DNA of 64,000 bases, taken from positions 186,001-250,000 of the forward strand of contig NW_026867444.1 in NCBI RefSeq assembly GCF_020745735.1, written 5' to 3'. How positions within the stretch are numbered: the stretch's first letter is position 1; each line of letters starts with the position of its first letter. Position numbers and translations under genes: made by a program. Below are positions 37,165 to 50,197 of the stretch, piece by piece. This DNA comes from Hemiscyllium ocellatum (lineage: Eukaryota). The notes below the pieces were generated by a model. It was not told the origin of the DNA. It searched no databases and worked only from the letters and a program-made list of their open reading frames with translations.

Positions 37165-38532
37165 TCCATTAATGACCACCTGGACCATCTCTGACACCTC
37201 CCTCCCCTTCCTGGACCACTCCATCTTCATTAATGATGACCGACTTGACACTGACATTTTATACAAATCTACTGACACCAAGGATTACACCTCATCCCAA
37301 CCTACCTCTTGCAAAAATGTCATCCCATATTCCCAATTCCTCCGCCTCCACCATATCTGCTCCTAGGAGGACCTGTTCCACCAAAGAACACACCAGATGG
37401 CCTCCTTATTTAGAGACTGCAATTTCTCTTCCCACGGGTTCAAAGATGCGCTCCAACGCAGTTTGTCCACATCCCACCCCTCCAACTGTAACAAGGACAG
37501 AATCCCCCTGGTGCTCACCTTCCACCCTACCAACCTTCGCATAAACCACATCATCCGATGACATTTCCGCCACCTCCAAACGGACTCCACCACCAGGGAT
37601 ATATTTCCTCCCCACCCATTCCTGCTTTCCGCAAAGACCGTTCCATCCGTGACTACCTGGTCAGGTCCACGTCCCCCAACAACCCACCCTCCCTTCCTGG
37701 CACCCTCCCCTGCCACCGCAGGAATTGCAAAACCTGCGACCACACCTCCTCCCTCATCTCCATCTAAGGCCCCAAAAGAGCCTTCCACATCCATCAAATT
37801 TTTATCTGCACATCCACCAATATCATTTATTGTATCCGTTGCACCCGATGCAGTCTCCTCTATATTGGGGAGACTGGACGCCTCCTTGAATAGTACTTTA
37901 GGGAACATCTCAGGGACAAGCACACCAATCAACCCCACTGCCCTGTGGCCCAACATTTCAACTCCCCCTCCCACCTTGTCGAGGACATGCAAGTCCTAGG
38001 CCTCCTCCACCACTGCTCTCTCACCACCTGACGCCTGGAGGAAGAACGCCTCATCTTCCACCTCCAAACACTTCAATCCCATGGCATCAATGTGGATTTC
38101 ACCAGCTTCCTCATTTCACCTTCCCACACCTCACCCCAGCTCCAACGTTCCAGCCTCAGCACCATCCTCATGACCTGTCCTACCTGCTTATCTACCTTTC
38201 CACCTGTCCACTCCACCCTCCTCTCTGACCTATCATCTCCATCCCCACCTGAATTCACCTATTGTACTCTTTGCTACCTTCCCCCACCCTCCTCTCTGAC
38301 CTATCACCTCGGTCCCCACCCCATTCACCTATTATACTCTATGCTACTTTCTCCCCAACCCCCTCATATTTATCTCTCCACTCTGCACCACCCTACTTCT
38401 ATTCCTGATGAAGGGATTTTGCCCGAAACATTGATTTTCCTTCTCCATGGATGCTGCCTGACCTGCTGTGCTTTTCCAGCACCACTCTGATCTAGCCTCT
38501 GGTTTCCAGCATCTGCGGTCCTTGTTTTTACC
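37165..38532 (+). mobile_element. Penelope-like retroelement, 5'-truncated (RT thumb, GIY-YIG endonuclease, terminal repeat)
   Basis: TSLPFLD..YSQFLRLHHICS; CHRRNCKTC; IYCIRCTRCSLLYIGETGR; hammerhead-like core at 38405-38431. Confidence 0.9.
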
Positions 38533-39289
38533 GAGAAACAGAAAGCTGTTAGGACTCAATAATTACAATCTTCGACATTCCCTCTTCACTCTGTGGTCCA
38601 CGCTCAGGTGCTGGGATTGCACTCTGCACTCTTTGCTGCATGCTGAGTTGTACCTGAAGTGATCTTAGGCCAACCACTAACACTGCAGGCTGTGTGTCCC
38701 TCTAAGTGCGAGTATACTACATAATGATGCCTGTAGGTGCCACTCTGAGTATGTGTGTGATATTCAAACGAGTCAATCTAGAAGGAAATGAACAGCAGAG
38801 TTTGTTTTCTCTGTTGAATAAATTCACCTTGTTTGCTCCTCTGGGCAACTGAATAAGGGGCGAGGCTTGTGTCTTATAATAAACCTATTTGATTATAACC
38901 TGGTGTCGTATGATTTTTGACCTTGTCCTCTGATCACTTTCAGGTTATTCCCACGAGCACTGCATGTTCTTGCTTCTCCAGGCCAAGAGGCGGCGATCTT
39001 GACAATGGATTTGACAATGGTCTCCATCAGAGAGGACCCACAAATCAGGGACAGCGATCAGAGATTACAGGACCCGCTCTTGCTCCTCAGTCCCAGACCC
39101 GAGCACAACGGGCCCCCTGGGGTCCCGTTGTTGTGTCCCGGGCCCTGTACATAATACAAATGGGGCAACTGATCCTTCTGATTTTTCCCAACCTCACCAG
39201 GTCTCCACAGTCACTGAGATTATTTAAAGGCAGCCTTTGCCAATGAAGGACCCTGACTGATGGGAAACAGACTGAAATGGGTCAATAAT

Positions 39290-39440
39290 ACAGTATTAGG
39301 GAGTTACAGATGCAGATTGCAAAATAGAAATCTGATGCTGTGGCTCTAACAGAAATCGGGCGGGACTGGGAATTCCTGGATACAAGGTGTTCAGTAAAGA
39401 TAGGAAAGAAGGAAAACTACGGGAAGTGGTGGGATTGTTC
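39290..39440 (+). mobile_element. CR1 APE N-terminal fragment
   Basis: Degenerate DAVALTE..PGYKVFSKDRKEGK. Confidence 0.55.
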
Positions 39441-40060
39441 TGGAACCAGACAGGACTGACCAACCTTAGGCCCTGAGATATGATGGAGATGAAGGGTGAA
39501 CTCTACTGGGCTTTAACTCACTGATACCAGAGTAAAACAGGGATTACCCATTTCACAAGAGAGTAAGTGGAACTAACAAACCAGGTGCATGTGAAACACC
39601 CACCCCATCCCTGAGAGAGGGGAACAGGAACAGGGACATTCTCAGACAGAAAGGTTGTTAAAAACGGTATCACCTCGAGAGTGAAGGGTGGGGTGGAGAC
39701 AGTGACAGCGATTCCCCCCAGAGAGTGGGGAAAGTAACACTGACACATTTAAGACTGTATTATCACAAGAGAGAATTCAAACAGCCACCCACTCTGTCAC
39801 ACGGTGTTGAAGATGCACTGTCCTCATCATAACACGTTTGAAAACTTCTTCATAACATGTAACGGGAGAGAAACATTGAAAACTGTATTATCACGAGTGA
39901 GGATCCATTTAATTCTTGGACCATGATGTTAAATGATCCCAGCTGTAAACAACACTGGTGTATTTACATCATTACCTTATTAAACAATATTAAAACCTTG
40001 GTCAAACATTTTCCTGCAGACAGTGTATTTAAAATATCAAGAGACTTCCCACTTTGTTGG

Positions 40061-43000
40061 TTTTTTTTAGATATTTTTATTAGAAATTTAACATTTTTAC
40101 AAATTTACAAAAATAAACAAAACTCTCAAATTTAAACATTGATGTACAATTAAATACACTAGTCAAAATTTAACAAAGAAAAGAAAGAAAAAAAAAATAA
40201 AAACTCAACTTTCTATTAATCTAACCTATAACTAACCAGAGTGTATACTTAAGTCTCTGACATGCTCGGAATGTATTAACATCAAACATAATAAAACCCG
40301 TATTCGTGCGGGATTCCTCTCCCAAGGGGCCCCGGAGCAGCCAGGTTTGTAATCTTCACTAAATAAAGGCCCTTGTTAGGATGGCCGAAATATCTGCATT
40401 TATGTAATTCAAAAAGGGCTGCCATATTTTATAAAATAATTCAGTCTTTCGGTGCACCATATTTGTAAGGAAGTCAAGGGGAATACATTCCATAATTAAT
40501 CTGTGCCAATTTGAAAGTCCAGGGGAGCCCTCAGCCACCCAGTTCACCAAAATATTTTTCCTTGCACAGAAAGAGAGAATAGAAAATAGTCTCTTCCCGT
40601 GCGTATCCAGGGAGGAAAAGTTCGAAAAGCCCAAAAGGAGAGATATAGGGTCCACTCTAATTTCCGTTCCTAAAATTTCTGTCACTTTAGTCCAATATCT
40701 ACGGATCTTATGACAAGTCCATAGGCAATGTACAAGAGTGCCCACCTCTATTTTGCATTTGGGACACATTGGAGATGCTCCTGCCTTAAATTTTGCCAAA
40801 TGAGCCTTTGCTATATGGGCCCTATGAAGTATCTTCAGCTGGATAGCCTGGGTTCTGTTACAGATAGTAATTCTTCTAGCATTTTCCCAAATATCATTCC
40901 ACGTTTCTTTAGAGATTTCTAGTCCCAAATCCTGATCCCATGTTTTAAGCAGATTGTCCATATCTCCCGACACTTCATCATGGAGTAAATGATAAATAGT
41001 ACTGACGGATGATACCCCAAATGGTCGTAGGACATTACATTCTCTATCTGATTTATAAAGACTATCTATTAAAGTAGTCTTCTTCTGTATATAATCTCGA
41101 ATTTGGAAGTATCGAAAGAGGTCTCCATTGGGTAATCCGAATTTCTGACGCAGCTGTTCAAAGGACATCAGGACCCCATCTTTAAATAGGTCCCCTAAAC
41201 ATGGGATACCCTTGTATCTCCAGAGTTTAAAAGTGGCATCTGTAAACCCCGGTTGGAATCCCCATGCCCCTACTATCAGTGCATGGGGGGATGTTTTATG
41301 TAAATTACCCTCATTTTGCCGCATTATATTCCAGGCCTTAATTGTGTTTAGTATTATGGTGTTTTTAAAGTGATCTGTAATGATTTTCCTCTTGTCTGAA
41401 AATAAGAGGTTAATAAGTGGGTATTTTACTTGAGAGGCCGCGATGTCCAGCCAGATTGATTGTGGATCAGACAAGAGCCAATCAGCTATGTAACTTAATA
41501 GGGAACTTAACTGATATTTCCTAAAGTCTGGAAAGTCCAGTCCTCCCCTTGCCTGTGGAAGCTGTAGCTTCTTCAGCTTAATAAGGGGCCGTCTATGATT
41601 CCAGATAAAGGAACCCAGCCAGCCATATAATTTATGTAGGGGCAAAAAACATATCAATTCTTGTATGACCTTTATGTGGATTAGAGTAGAAAGACAAATC
41701 TCTACCCTGTGGATGAAGACATCTCCATACATCTACCAATCCTAATTCTTTATTCAGATCCGCCAATTGTCTCGATCTGGGAGATACTCCGGCAGCACTC
41801 TTGGGAATCCTATCTATTTCCGGATCCATAATACAATTAAAGTCTCCCCCTATAATTGTATGACGGGCACCAAAGGCCATCAATTTTGAAAAAGCTTCCG
41901 TTAGAAATTTAGAGGGGTGTGCCGGGGGGCAGTACAAATTTAGAATCCCATATTCCTCTCCATTTACGAGGGCTTTAATCAAAATATATCGTCCAGATTC
42001 GTCATTTATCTGATTTAGAATGTTGAAAGGGAAATTCTTCCGAACAAGAATAACAACTCCCCTGCTTTTTGAGCTAAAAGAAGAGAGAAAGGCCTGATCA
42101 AATCCACCCTGCCGTAATTTTAAGTGTTCTTTATCTGACAGGTGTGTCTCCTGTAGGAGAGCTATATCAACTCTTTCTTTCTTAAGATTTGATAATCTTT
42201 TCTTCCTTTTGACTGGAGAATTACTCCCCTTGACATTCCAGGTGCACCACTTAACCGACTGATCAACCACAATCATCTGGGCAGATCCGAGACCCCTTGG
42301 GAGGGGAAATCCTATCTGGAACATCCCGAGCATGGAGCATATAGAATTTACAAAAATAAAGGTTCGCTAATACACTCACAACAATATAATAAAAAATTAT
42401 TTCTAAATAACAAAAATATAAAACATACCTAAATGGAGATTTTCCCCCTTGTTCCCAGGGAGCGTCACTTCCTCTCCAAAAGTCCATCTTATCCTCTCCC
42501 AACCAATGCCCCACCCTTGACCCGGGTGCTCCTCAATAAAATGAGGAGAATTCAAATATAATACAAAGCTAGAGTTAACAGTGAGCACCCTACCCCCATC
42601 CACACCAACACCTGGATATATTTTGGAATGTTAATACCATATATAAATATATAACTGTAAAATTACAATCTCAACATTTGTATTATTATATCTCAATTAG
42701 ATATAATAATACAAAATAACAGGGGAGAAACAACCCCGCTCCTAAAGACAGAGGTAAAATAGAATAAGGCAACCACCTCCCCCCACCAACATTAACCAAT
42801 CGCCCCAACATATATATACACACATACATACCCACATATATACATAAAGTAATGAAAGAAAACAAACCCAAGCGGGGGGGGGGGGCAGGGGGGGGGGGGG
42901 GGCGGGGGAGAAAATCAATTCCCTCTCCCCGCCCCCCATGATAATATTAAACAATGAGGTTAAAAAAAAGAGAAAAAGAAAAAAGAAGGGGTGGATATAG

Positions 43001-44081
43001 ACCAAAGTGGGGGGAAAGGCAAACCAACATCCACAATCTCTTACAGTTTATTTAAGAGAGTCCAAGAATTCCTTAGCCTTCTCTGGTGATCCGAAGTAAA
43101 ACATGGATCCTTCGTGGTTAAAGCGTAGCGTCGCTGGATAGCGTAAGCAATACTGAATATTTAAGTCCCTTAAACGCTTCTTCACCTCATCGAATGCCCT
43201 CCTCTTTCAGACCAGAGCTGGGGAAAAGTCCTGAAATAGCATGATCTTGGATCCTTTTGTAGATCATGGCTTGGGGATATTTTCCAAGGTTTCTTGAGGC
43301 TTCTAGGAGCATCTGCCTCTCTCTATAGCTCTGCAGCTGGAAGAGAACCGGGCGTGGGCGCTGGTTTGAGCCGGGCCCAAATATTGCGACCCGGTAGGCC
43401 CATTCCACCCTTACCTGGCCTGATCCAGCATGCAGATTTAAAAGCTGTGGCAGCCACTGCTCCAGGAATGCTCTAAGCTGGCCTCCCTCTTCCCGTTCGG
43501 GAAGGCCCAGCAACCGAATATTTTTTCAACGAGCTCGATTATCGAGGTCGTCAATATGATTTTCTAAGGTCCGGACTCGCTGCTCGAGAGTCCGGACCTG
43601 ATCCGCGGCCAATTGAGCTGCAGTCTCAGAGGTCGCGGCCTTTAACTCCGCCCCTCTGACTCGGCGCTCCAGTTCCTGGATGTCTCGGACGTGCTTCTGC
43701 AGCGCGGCCGAGAGTGATTCCCAGCGATTTCGGGACTCCTCGATAAAGGCATCGATCTTCGCGTCCAGCTTGGTAATCATCTCCACAAGGCTTGTTACCG
43801 TCGGTAAGTCCCCCGGGGCTGCTGTGGACGCCTCTGCTGCAGCTGAAGAGGGAGAGGGTGGGGGAGGGGGTCCTGCTTGTTGAAAGCTGCGGGTTCCCTT
43901 CCCTTTGGTCATTTTTACTAAATATTTAACTATTTAAATGTAATATTAAGCAACTATTTAAAGTTAACAGTTATTATGAATGATTTGGTGAGTGTGGTGG
44001 GGGTGGGTGACCCACTTTACCCAAGTCTTGGGAAGAGCACTATAGATTCAGACTTGCTGGCTCACCGCCATCTTGGATCCC
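40061..44081 (-). mobile_element. L1-clade LINE with both ends intact and an internal deletion of the RT domain
   Basis: ORF1 (LDDLDNRAR..LLGLPE..EWAYRV) 43050-43912; APE (WNVKG..LQETH..GDFN) 41640-42280; C-terminal CPKC..HCLWTC in 40359-41640; AATAAA and A-tail; TSD cccactttgttgg at 40048-40060 and 44082-44094. Confidence 0.93.
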
Positions 44082-44189
44082 CCCACTTTGTTGGTTTGAT
44101 CAGTGACGTAGCAAGGAAGCAGCAGCTGCCCCATGAACTCCAACAAAAGAATGAGAACAGGCTCTTCATACGGAACTGGCTCCCGAGAA

Positions 44190-44820
44190 TCCAATTCAAC
44201 AGCAGGGATCAAAGAACAAGGAACAATACAGCACAGGAACAGGCCCTTCGGCCCTCCAAGCCTGTGCTGACACATTGTGCCCTTCCTCACTGAAACTGTC
44301 TTCACCTGCAGGATTCATATCCCCCATTCCCGTCCTAATCATGCATTAGTGCAGGTATTTCTTGAATGCTTCTATTGTGTCTGCTTCCACCCCCTCCTCT
44401 GGCAGTGTGTTCCAGGTACTCAACTCCCTTTGTGTGAAATACTTGCCTCCCACATCTCTTTTAAATTCCCCCACCTCTGCACCTTGAACCTCTGTTCCCT
44501 GATAATTGATCCCTCCAATCTGGAAAATAAACGCCTCATATTTTCCACTCTACCTATGCCGTTCACAACTTTACAAACTTTTATCAGGTCACGCCTCATT
44601 TTCCCCCATTCCAGTGAAAACAAACCCAGTCTATCCAACATTTCTTCAGAACTAAAATCCTTCATACCAGACAATATCCTGGTAAACGTTTTCTGCACCA
44701 TCTTCAAAGCATCCACATCCTTCTGGTCGTGTGGTGACCAGAACTGTGCGCAATATTCCAAGTGTGGCCGAACTAAAGTTCGATAAAGCTGCACATAACT
44801 TGTTTATCCTTACACTCAAT
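44190..44820 (-). mobile_element. CR1 3' fragment
   Basis: LYRTLVRPHLEYCAQFWSP. Confidence 0.88.
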
Positions 44821-45329
44821 GCCCCTTCCAATGAAGGCAACCCGGTTTGTCAGATTGAAAGGCCGAGTGTCCTTCGGATGAGCGCTGGAATCAGCAACAA
44901 ATTCAATTATACTCAAAGATCTAACAAACGGTTCTCAAAGCGTGTCCCAAACTGCAGAGAGCAGCACTTCAGGCTTCGCGTCCCCATTTCCATCCTTGCT
45001 TGTTGCACTTCCTCACTGTCCTGCAGAGGGCAGTGGTAAGCCATGAGTTTCTTGAAGAGGTTCTGACAGAGGGACAAGGTCATGTCCTCGGCCTGAGCAC
45101 AACTGCCTGACCTGCTGTGCTTTTCCAGCACCACGCTTTTCGACTCCGAGCAAACTATCCCTCAGGAGAATGAGCTGTGACACAAGAGGAAACGTGGGAG
45201 TGTTGGAAAGGCACCGGCAGCCTGGTCAGCCTGCAGAGGGGCAGAAACAGATTTGATGAATGAGCTGATATCCTCCCGAGCTGAGATGCTGACTCAGGCT
45301 TTCAGAGCCACACAGTTTACATTGTTACT

Positions 45330-47570
45330 GACCATGACTCCATGGGCAATGTTCCTGCCTCATCATCAAAATGGTCATCGGATTGAAAGCCACCTCAGAA
45401 ATGAGAACACAGAATCCAGGCTGAGACTGTGGTGCACTGCTGAAAGTTGCACAGTCTCTGGCACCATCATTTGAGGTTCCACCACCACCACACCCCGACC
45501 ATCCCCACCCCCACCTCAGGGGGCTCGGCAATATCCCATTCTGAAGAGATTCCCTCGGGTGTCCTGCTCACTATTCAACTAGTGCCACCAAAACAGATTT
45601 GTCTCGTCATTCGTTTACTGTCTGTGGGACCTTAACATCTTGTCCATGAACATGACTGCTCTGTGCTGACAGCTTTGAATATTCTGAGATGATTTTAAAA
45701 ACTGCATCAACAAGAGTTCTTTCCTCATTTTCATGTAAAAGGGGAGCAGTGAGCAAGTGAAAATGCACACCGAAGGCAAACACTGAAGCTTCAGCCAAAT
45801 GTTTTTTTGCGCCATGTTATCCTGCACCCTGGGCATTTCCTTCCAATGTCCGAGATGGTTATCAGACTGTGAGGGAGGCTGACAGATCACATGGAATCCT
45901 TCAGACAAAGTACACAAGGGCACAGTCCAGGCTTGCTGCAAACATTGGCCTTCCTTCTGTTGAAGGGCTGGGAGATTCTCTGTGGCAGTTTCTCATGCAC
46001 ATCCTCCGTGGAATTATCACAGACTCTACTGAAAGGAATCAACCGACAGGGGAGAAGAAAATGGGAAGAAGGGTGGGCATCAAGATAGGTGGGCGTGTGT
46101 GGAAGATTCGGTGCCATTGAAATTCCCAACTGGGTATCACAAGGAAAACTCAAATCATTACTCAGATATAACTGGGAGAATCCTCACTGACATAAACAGG
46201 CTGAGTGTCAGAGACCGCGAGCCTCCGGTGCCTGACTCTCTCTGAGGCATTAGTCAAGGACTGTTCATGTGTCAATAAAGGGACACTTGGTGACACGGGG
46301 TCATATTATAATCAATGATCGGAGGTGTATAGATTAAAGATAAATGGCCGAAGGTTAAGAGGGAACATAAGGAAACACATTTTCACCCAGAGGGTGGTGA
46401 CAGTCTGGGACTCACTGCCTGGAGAGGTGGTTGAGGCAGAAACCCTCCCATAACATTGAAGTGTTTCAATGTGCAGCTGTGATGCCAAGGCATACAGGGC
46501 TACAGGCCAAGTGCTGGAGCATGGAATTAGAATAGTGAGGTGGATGTTTGACTGGCTTTGGCTCAATGGGGCAAAGCGCCTTGATCGTGTAGACCTGTTG
46601 TAGATGTCTGACTCTGCCAGGACTCCAGCAATGTGGCTGACCCTTACCTGCCATTTGAAAGGCCGAGCAAGCCACTCAATTTCAGGGCAGTTAGGGATGG
46701 GGAACAAATGCTGGTCTTGCCAGTGACACCCACATCCCAGGAAAGAATAGATGGATTCAGTGGTAACACCGTCACCTGAACCTGCAGGTTTCAAGCCCCA
46801 CTCCAGACACTGGAGCACTATCCTGAGGCTGGCAAAGACAAAGACGCCATCTGCTGGATGATCGGTTAAACCACTGCCCTCTCAGGTCGATGTGAATATA
46901 AGGGCTTTGTGACCATCTCAGGGAAACTCTCCCCAGTGTGCTGGCCAATGCTTCTCTTAAAACCAATGGTATTAAAACAGATACAAAACCAAATTACTGC
47001 AAATCTCAAATAGAAGCACGATGCTGGAGAAAGGGAACAGGTGCAGCCCCTGTGGGGAGAGGAGGAGTTAGCTTTTGGGTTCAGTGATGTTTTATCAAAA
47101 TGGCAGCAAAATTATATTTTATTTAATTTTATGTTGTTTTATATTATTTTATTTAAATTTTGATGAAAAAAAGTTTAGCCTCCTTGATCAGCACCACATC
47201 CACACACATCCAGTCCCTCCACACCGACGCTCAGTAACAGCTGTGTGTACGATTTACAAGATGCACTGCAGAGATTCACCAAAGATCCTTTGACAACAGC
47301 TTCCAAACCCACGACCACTTAAATCAAGGACAAGGGCAGCAAATACATGGGAACGGCACTGCAGCAAGATCCCCTCCAAGTCATTCACCAGTTTGATTTG
47401 GAAATATAACACTGTTCCTCCATCATCACTGGGTCAGAATCCTGGAATTCCATTCCTAAAGGCATTGTGGGTCTACCTACCGCACACGGACTGCAGGGGT
47501 TCAAGAACTCATCTTAGCAGCACCTTGTCCGTGACGATTAAAGATGGACAGTAAAACGGCTGGTAAAAGT
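45330..47570 (+). mobile_element. Patchwork of Deu-type SINE pieces, CR1 3' end (~46300-46600) and LINE 3' tail (~47170-47570)
   Basis: Recurring SINE head/tail text; FSPRGW*QSGTH-type CR1 text. Confidence 0.55.
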
Positions 47571-47585
47571 ACGAGTTGGCGTGCT

Positions 47586-50197
47586 TAGAACATAGAACAT
47601 AGAACAGTACAGCACAGAACAGGCCCTTCAGCCCACAATGTTGTGCCAACTATTGATCCTCATGTGAGCTGAACCTAATGTACGAACTTTCAAATATCTG
47701 TGACCATATGCATGTCCAGCAGTCTCTTAAATATCCCCAATGACCTCGCTTTCACAACTGCTGCTGGTTATTCATTCCATGTTCTCATAACTCTGCGTAA
47801 AGAACCCACCTTAACATCCCCTCTATACACTTGCCGCCAAACAGCTTAAAGCTATGACCCCTCGTGTTAACAGTTTCTGCCCTGGGAAAAAGTCTCTGGC
47901 TATAAACTCTATCAATGCCTCTCATTATCTTGCACACCTCAGTTAGGCCCCCTCTCTTCCATCTTTTTTTCAATGATAAAAGTCCGAACTCAGTGAAACT
48001 CTCTTCATAAGATAAGCCCTCCATTCCAGGCAGTGTCCTGGTAAACCTCCTCTGAACCCTCTCCAAAGCATCCACATCTTTCCTACAATAGGACGATCAG
48101 AACTGGACACAATATTCCAAGTGTGGACTAACCAAAGTTTTATCGAGCTGCAACAAGATCTCATGGATCTTAAACTCAATCCCCCTGTCAATGAAAGCCA
48201 AAACACCATATGCTTTCTTAACAACCCTGTCCACTTGGGTGGCACTTTTAGGGGATCTATGTACCTGCACACCAAGATCCCGCTGTTCCTCCACACTGCC
48301 AAGAATCCTGTCTTTAATCCTGTACTCAACTTTCAAGTTCGACCTTCCAAAATGCATCACTTCACATTTATCCAGTTTGAACTCCATCTGCCACCTCTCA
48401 GCCCATCTCTGCATCCTGTCAATGTCACGCTGCAGCCTACAACTGTCCTCTATACTGTCAATGACAACTCCAATCTTTGTGTCATCTGCAAACTTGCTAA
48501 CCCATCCTTCAATCTCCTCATCCAAGTCATTAATAAAAAATACAAAGAGTAGAGGCCCAAGAACAGAGCCCTGTGGAACACCACCCACCACTGACTTCCA
48601 GGCAGAATACTTTCCATCCACTACCACTCACTGTCTTCTATCGACCAGCCAATTCTGTATCCAGACAGTTAAACTTCCCTGTATGACCTTCTGAACTAGC
48701 CTACCATGGGGAATCTTATCAAATGTCTTGCTGAAGTCCATATACATCACATCCACCACTTGACCCTCATCAACTTGTCTAGTAACATCCTTAAAGAACT
48801 CAATATGATTCATGAGGTATGACCTGCAGCTCACAAATTCCGAGCTGACTGCATTTATTCAAGCCATGCTCTTCCAGATGGTCATAAACCCTATCCCTCA
48901 GAATCCTTTCTAACACCTTGAAGACGACAGACGTGAGACTGACTAGTCTATAATTGCTGGGGATTTCCCTATTTCCTTTCTTGAAGAGAGAAATTACATT
49001 TGCCTCCCTCCAGTTCCAGGTACGATTCCGGTGGAGAGCGAGGATGCAAAGATCTTCGCAATCGGTGAAGCAATCACATTTCTCGCTTCCAAAGCAGCCA
49101 AGGATAAACCTGGTCTGGCCCTGGTGACTTGTCAATTTTAATGTTTGTCAAAATTTTCAGCACATCAGCTTCCTCAATCTCTATCCGTTCCAGCATGCTT
49201 ACCTGCTCCTCAATGGTTTCATTCACTACAAGGTCCTTTTCTTCAGTAAAGACAGAAGCAAAAAACTCAGTTAGGTCTTTCCCTACCTCCTCAGAATCGA
49301 TACACAAGTTCCCTATGCTATCCCTGATCGGCCCTACTCTTTCTTTGATCATTCTCTTATTCCTCACATATGTGTAAAATGCCTTTGGATTCTCCCTAAT
49401 ATTTCCTGCCAAGCCTTTTTCGTGCCCCCTCCTGGCTCTCGTCAGACCATTTTAGAGCTCCTTCCTCGCCTGCCTGTAATCGTCTAGAGCTGAGCGAGAC
49501 CCTAGCTTAGTCCACTTTCCGTAAGCTGCCTTCTTTCATTTGACGAAAACCTCCCCCGCTCTCATCATCCAAGGTTTCTTTATCTTACCCCTTCTTGCCT
49601 GTCTCAGAGGAACACATTTATGCATCACTCGCAACAACTGTTCCTTAAACAATCTCCACATGTTTATAGTGCCCTTTCCATGGAACAATCGCTCCCAGTC
49701 CATGCTTCCCAACTCAAGTCTCATAGCATCATAGTTTCCTTTTCCTCAATTAAATATCCTCACATTGTGCCTGCTTCTCTCCTTCTCCATGGCTATGTAG
49801 AATGTGAGGCGGTTGTGGTCACTATCACCAAAATGCTCTCCCACCACAAGATCTGACACCTGCCCCGGCTCATTGCCGAGCACCAAATACAAAATAGCCT
49901 CTCTCCTCGTCGGCCTGTCAATGTACTGAGTTAGGAAACCCTCCTGAACACACCATACAAAAACAGCTCCTTCCAAACCATCTGCTCAAAGGAGGTTCCA
50001 ATCAATATTGGGAAAGTTAAAGTCACCCATTACAACAACCCGACTACATTCACACTTTTCCAAAATCTGCTGACCTATGTTTTCTTCAATCTCCCTGCTG
50101 CTATTGTGGGGCCTGTAGTAAGCCCTTAATGAGGTGACTGCTCCCTTACTGTTCCTAATTTACACCCATACTGACTCAGTAGGCAGACCCTCCTCAA
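47586..50197 (-). mobile_element. CR1 LINE ORF2 (APE to RT to (ATGTTCT)n tail)
   Basis: [23 protein letters not shown]; EHFGDSDH; tagaacatagaacatagaac tail. Confidence 0.93.

Noticed and set aside
38917-39246. 109-aa ORF with an acceptor-like tttcag at ~38943
   Set aside because: No recognisable protein in any frame and no clear donor.
40359-41732. 457-aa ORF as a host gene
   Set aside because: It is the C-terminal part of L1 ORF2, read in frame across the internal deletion.
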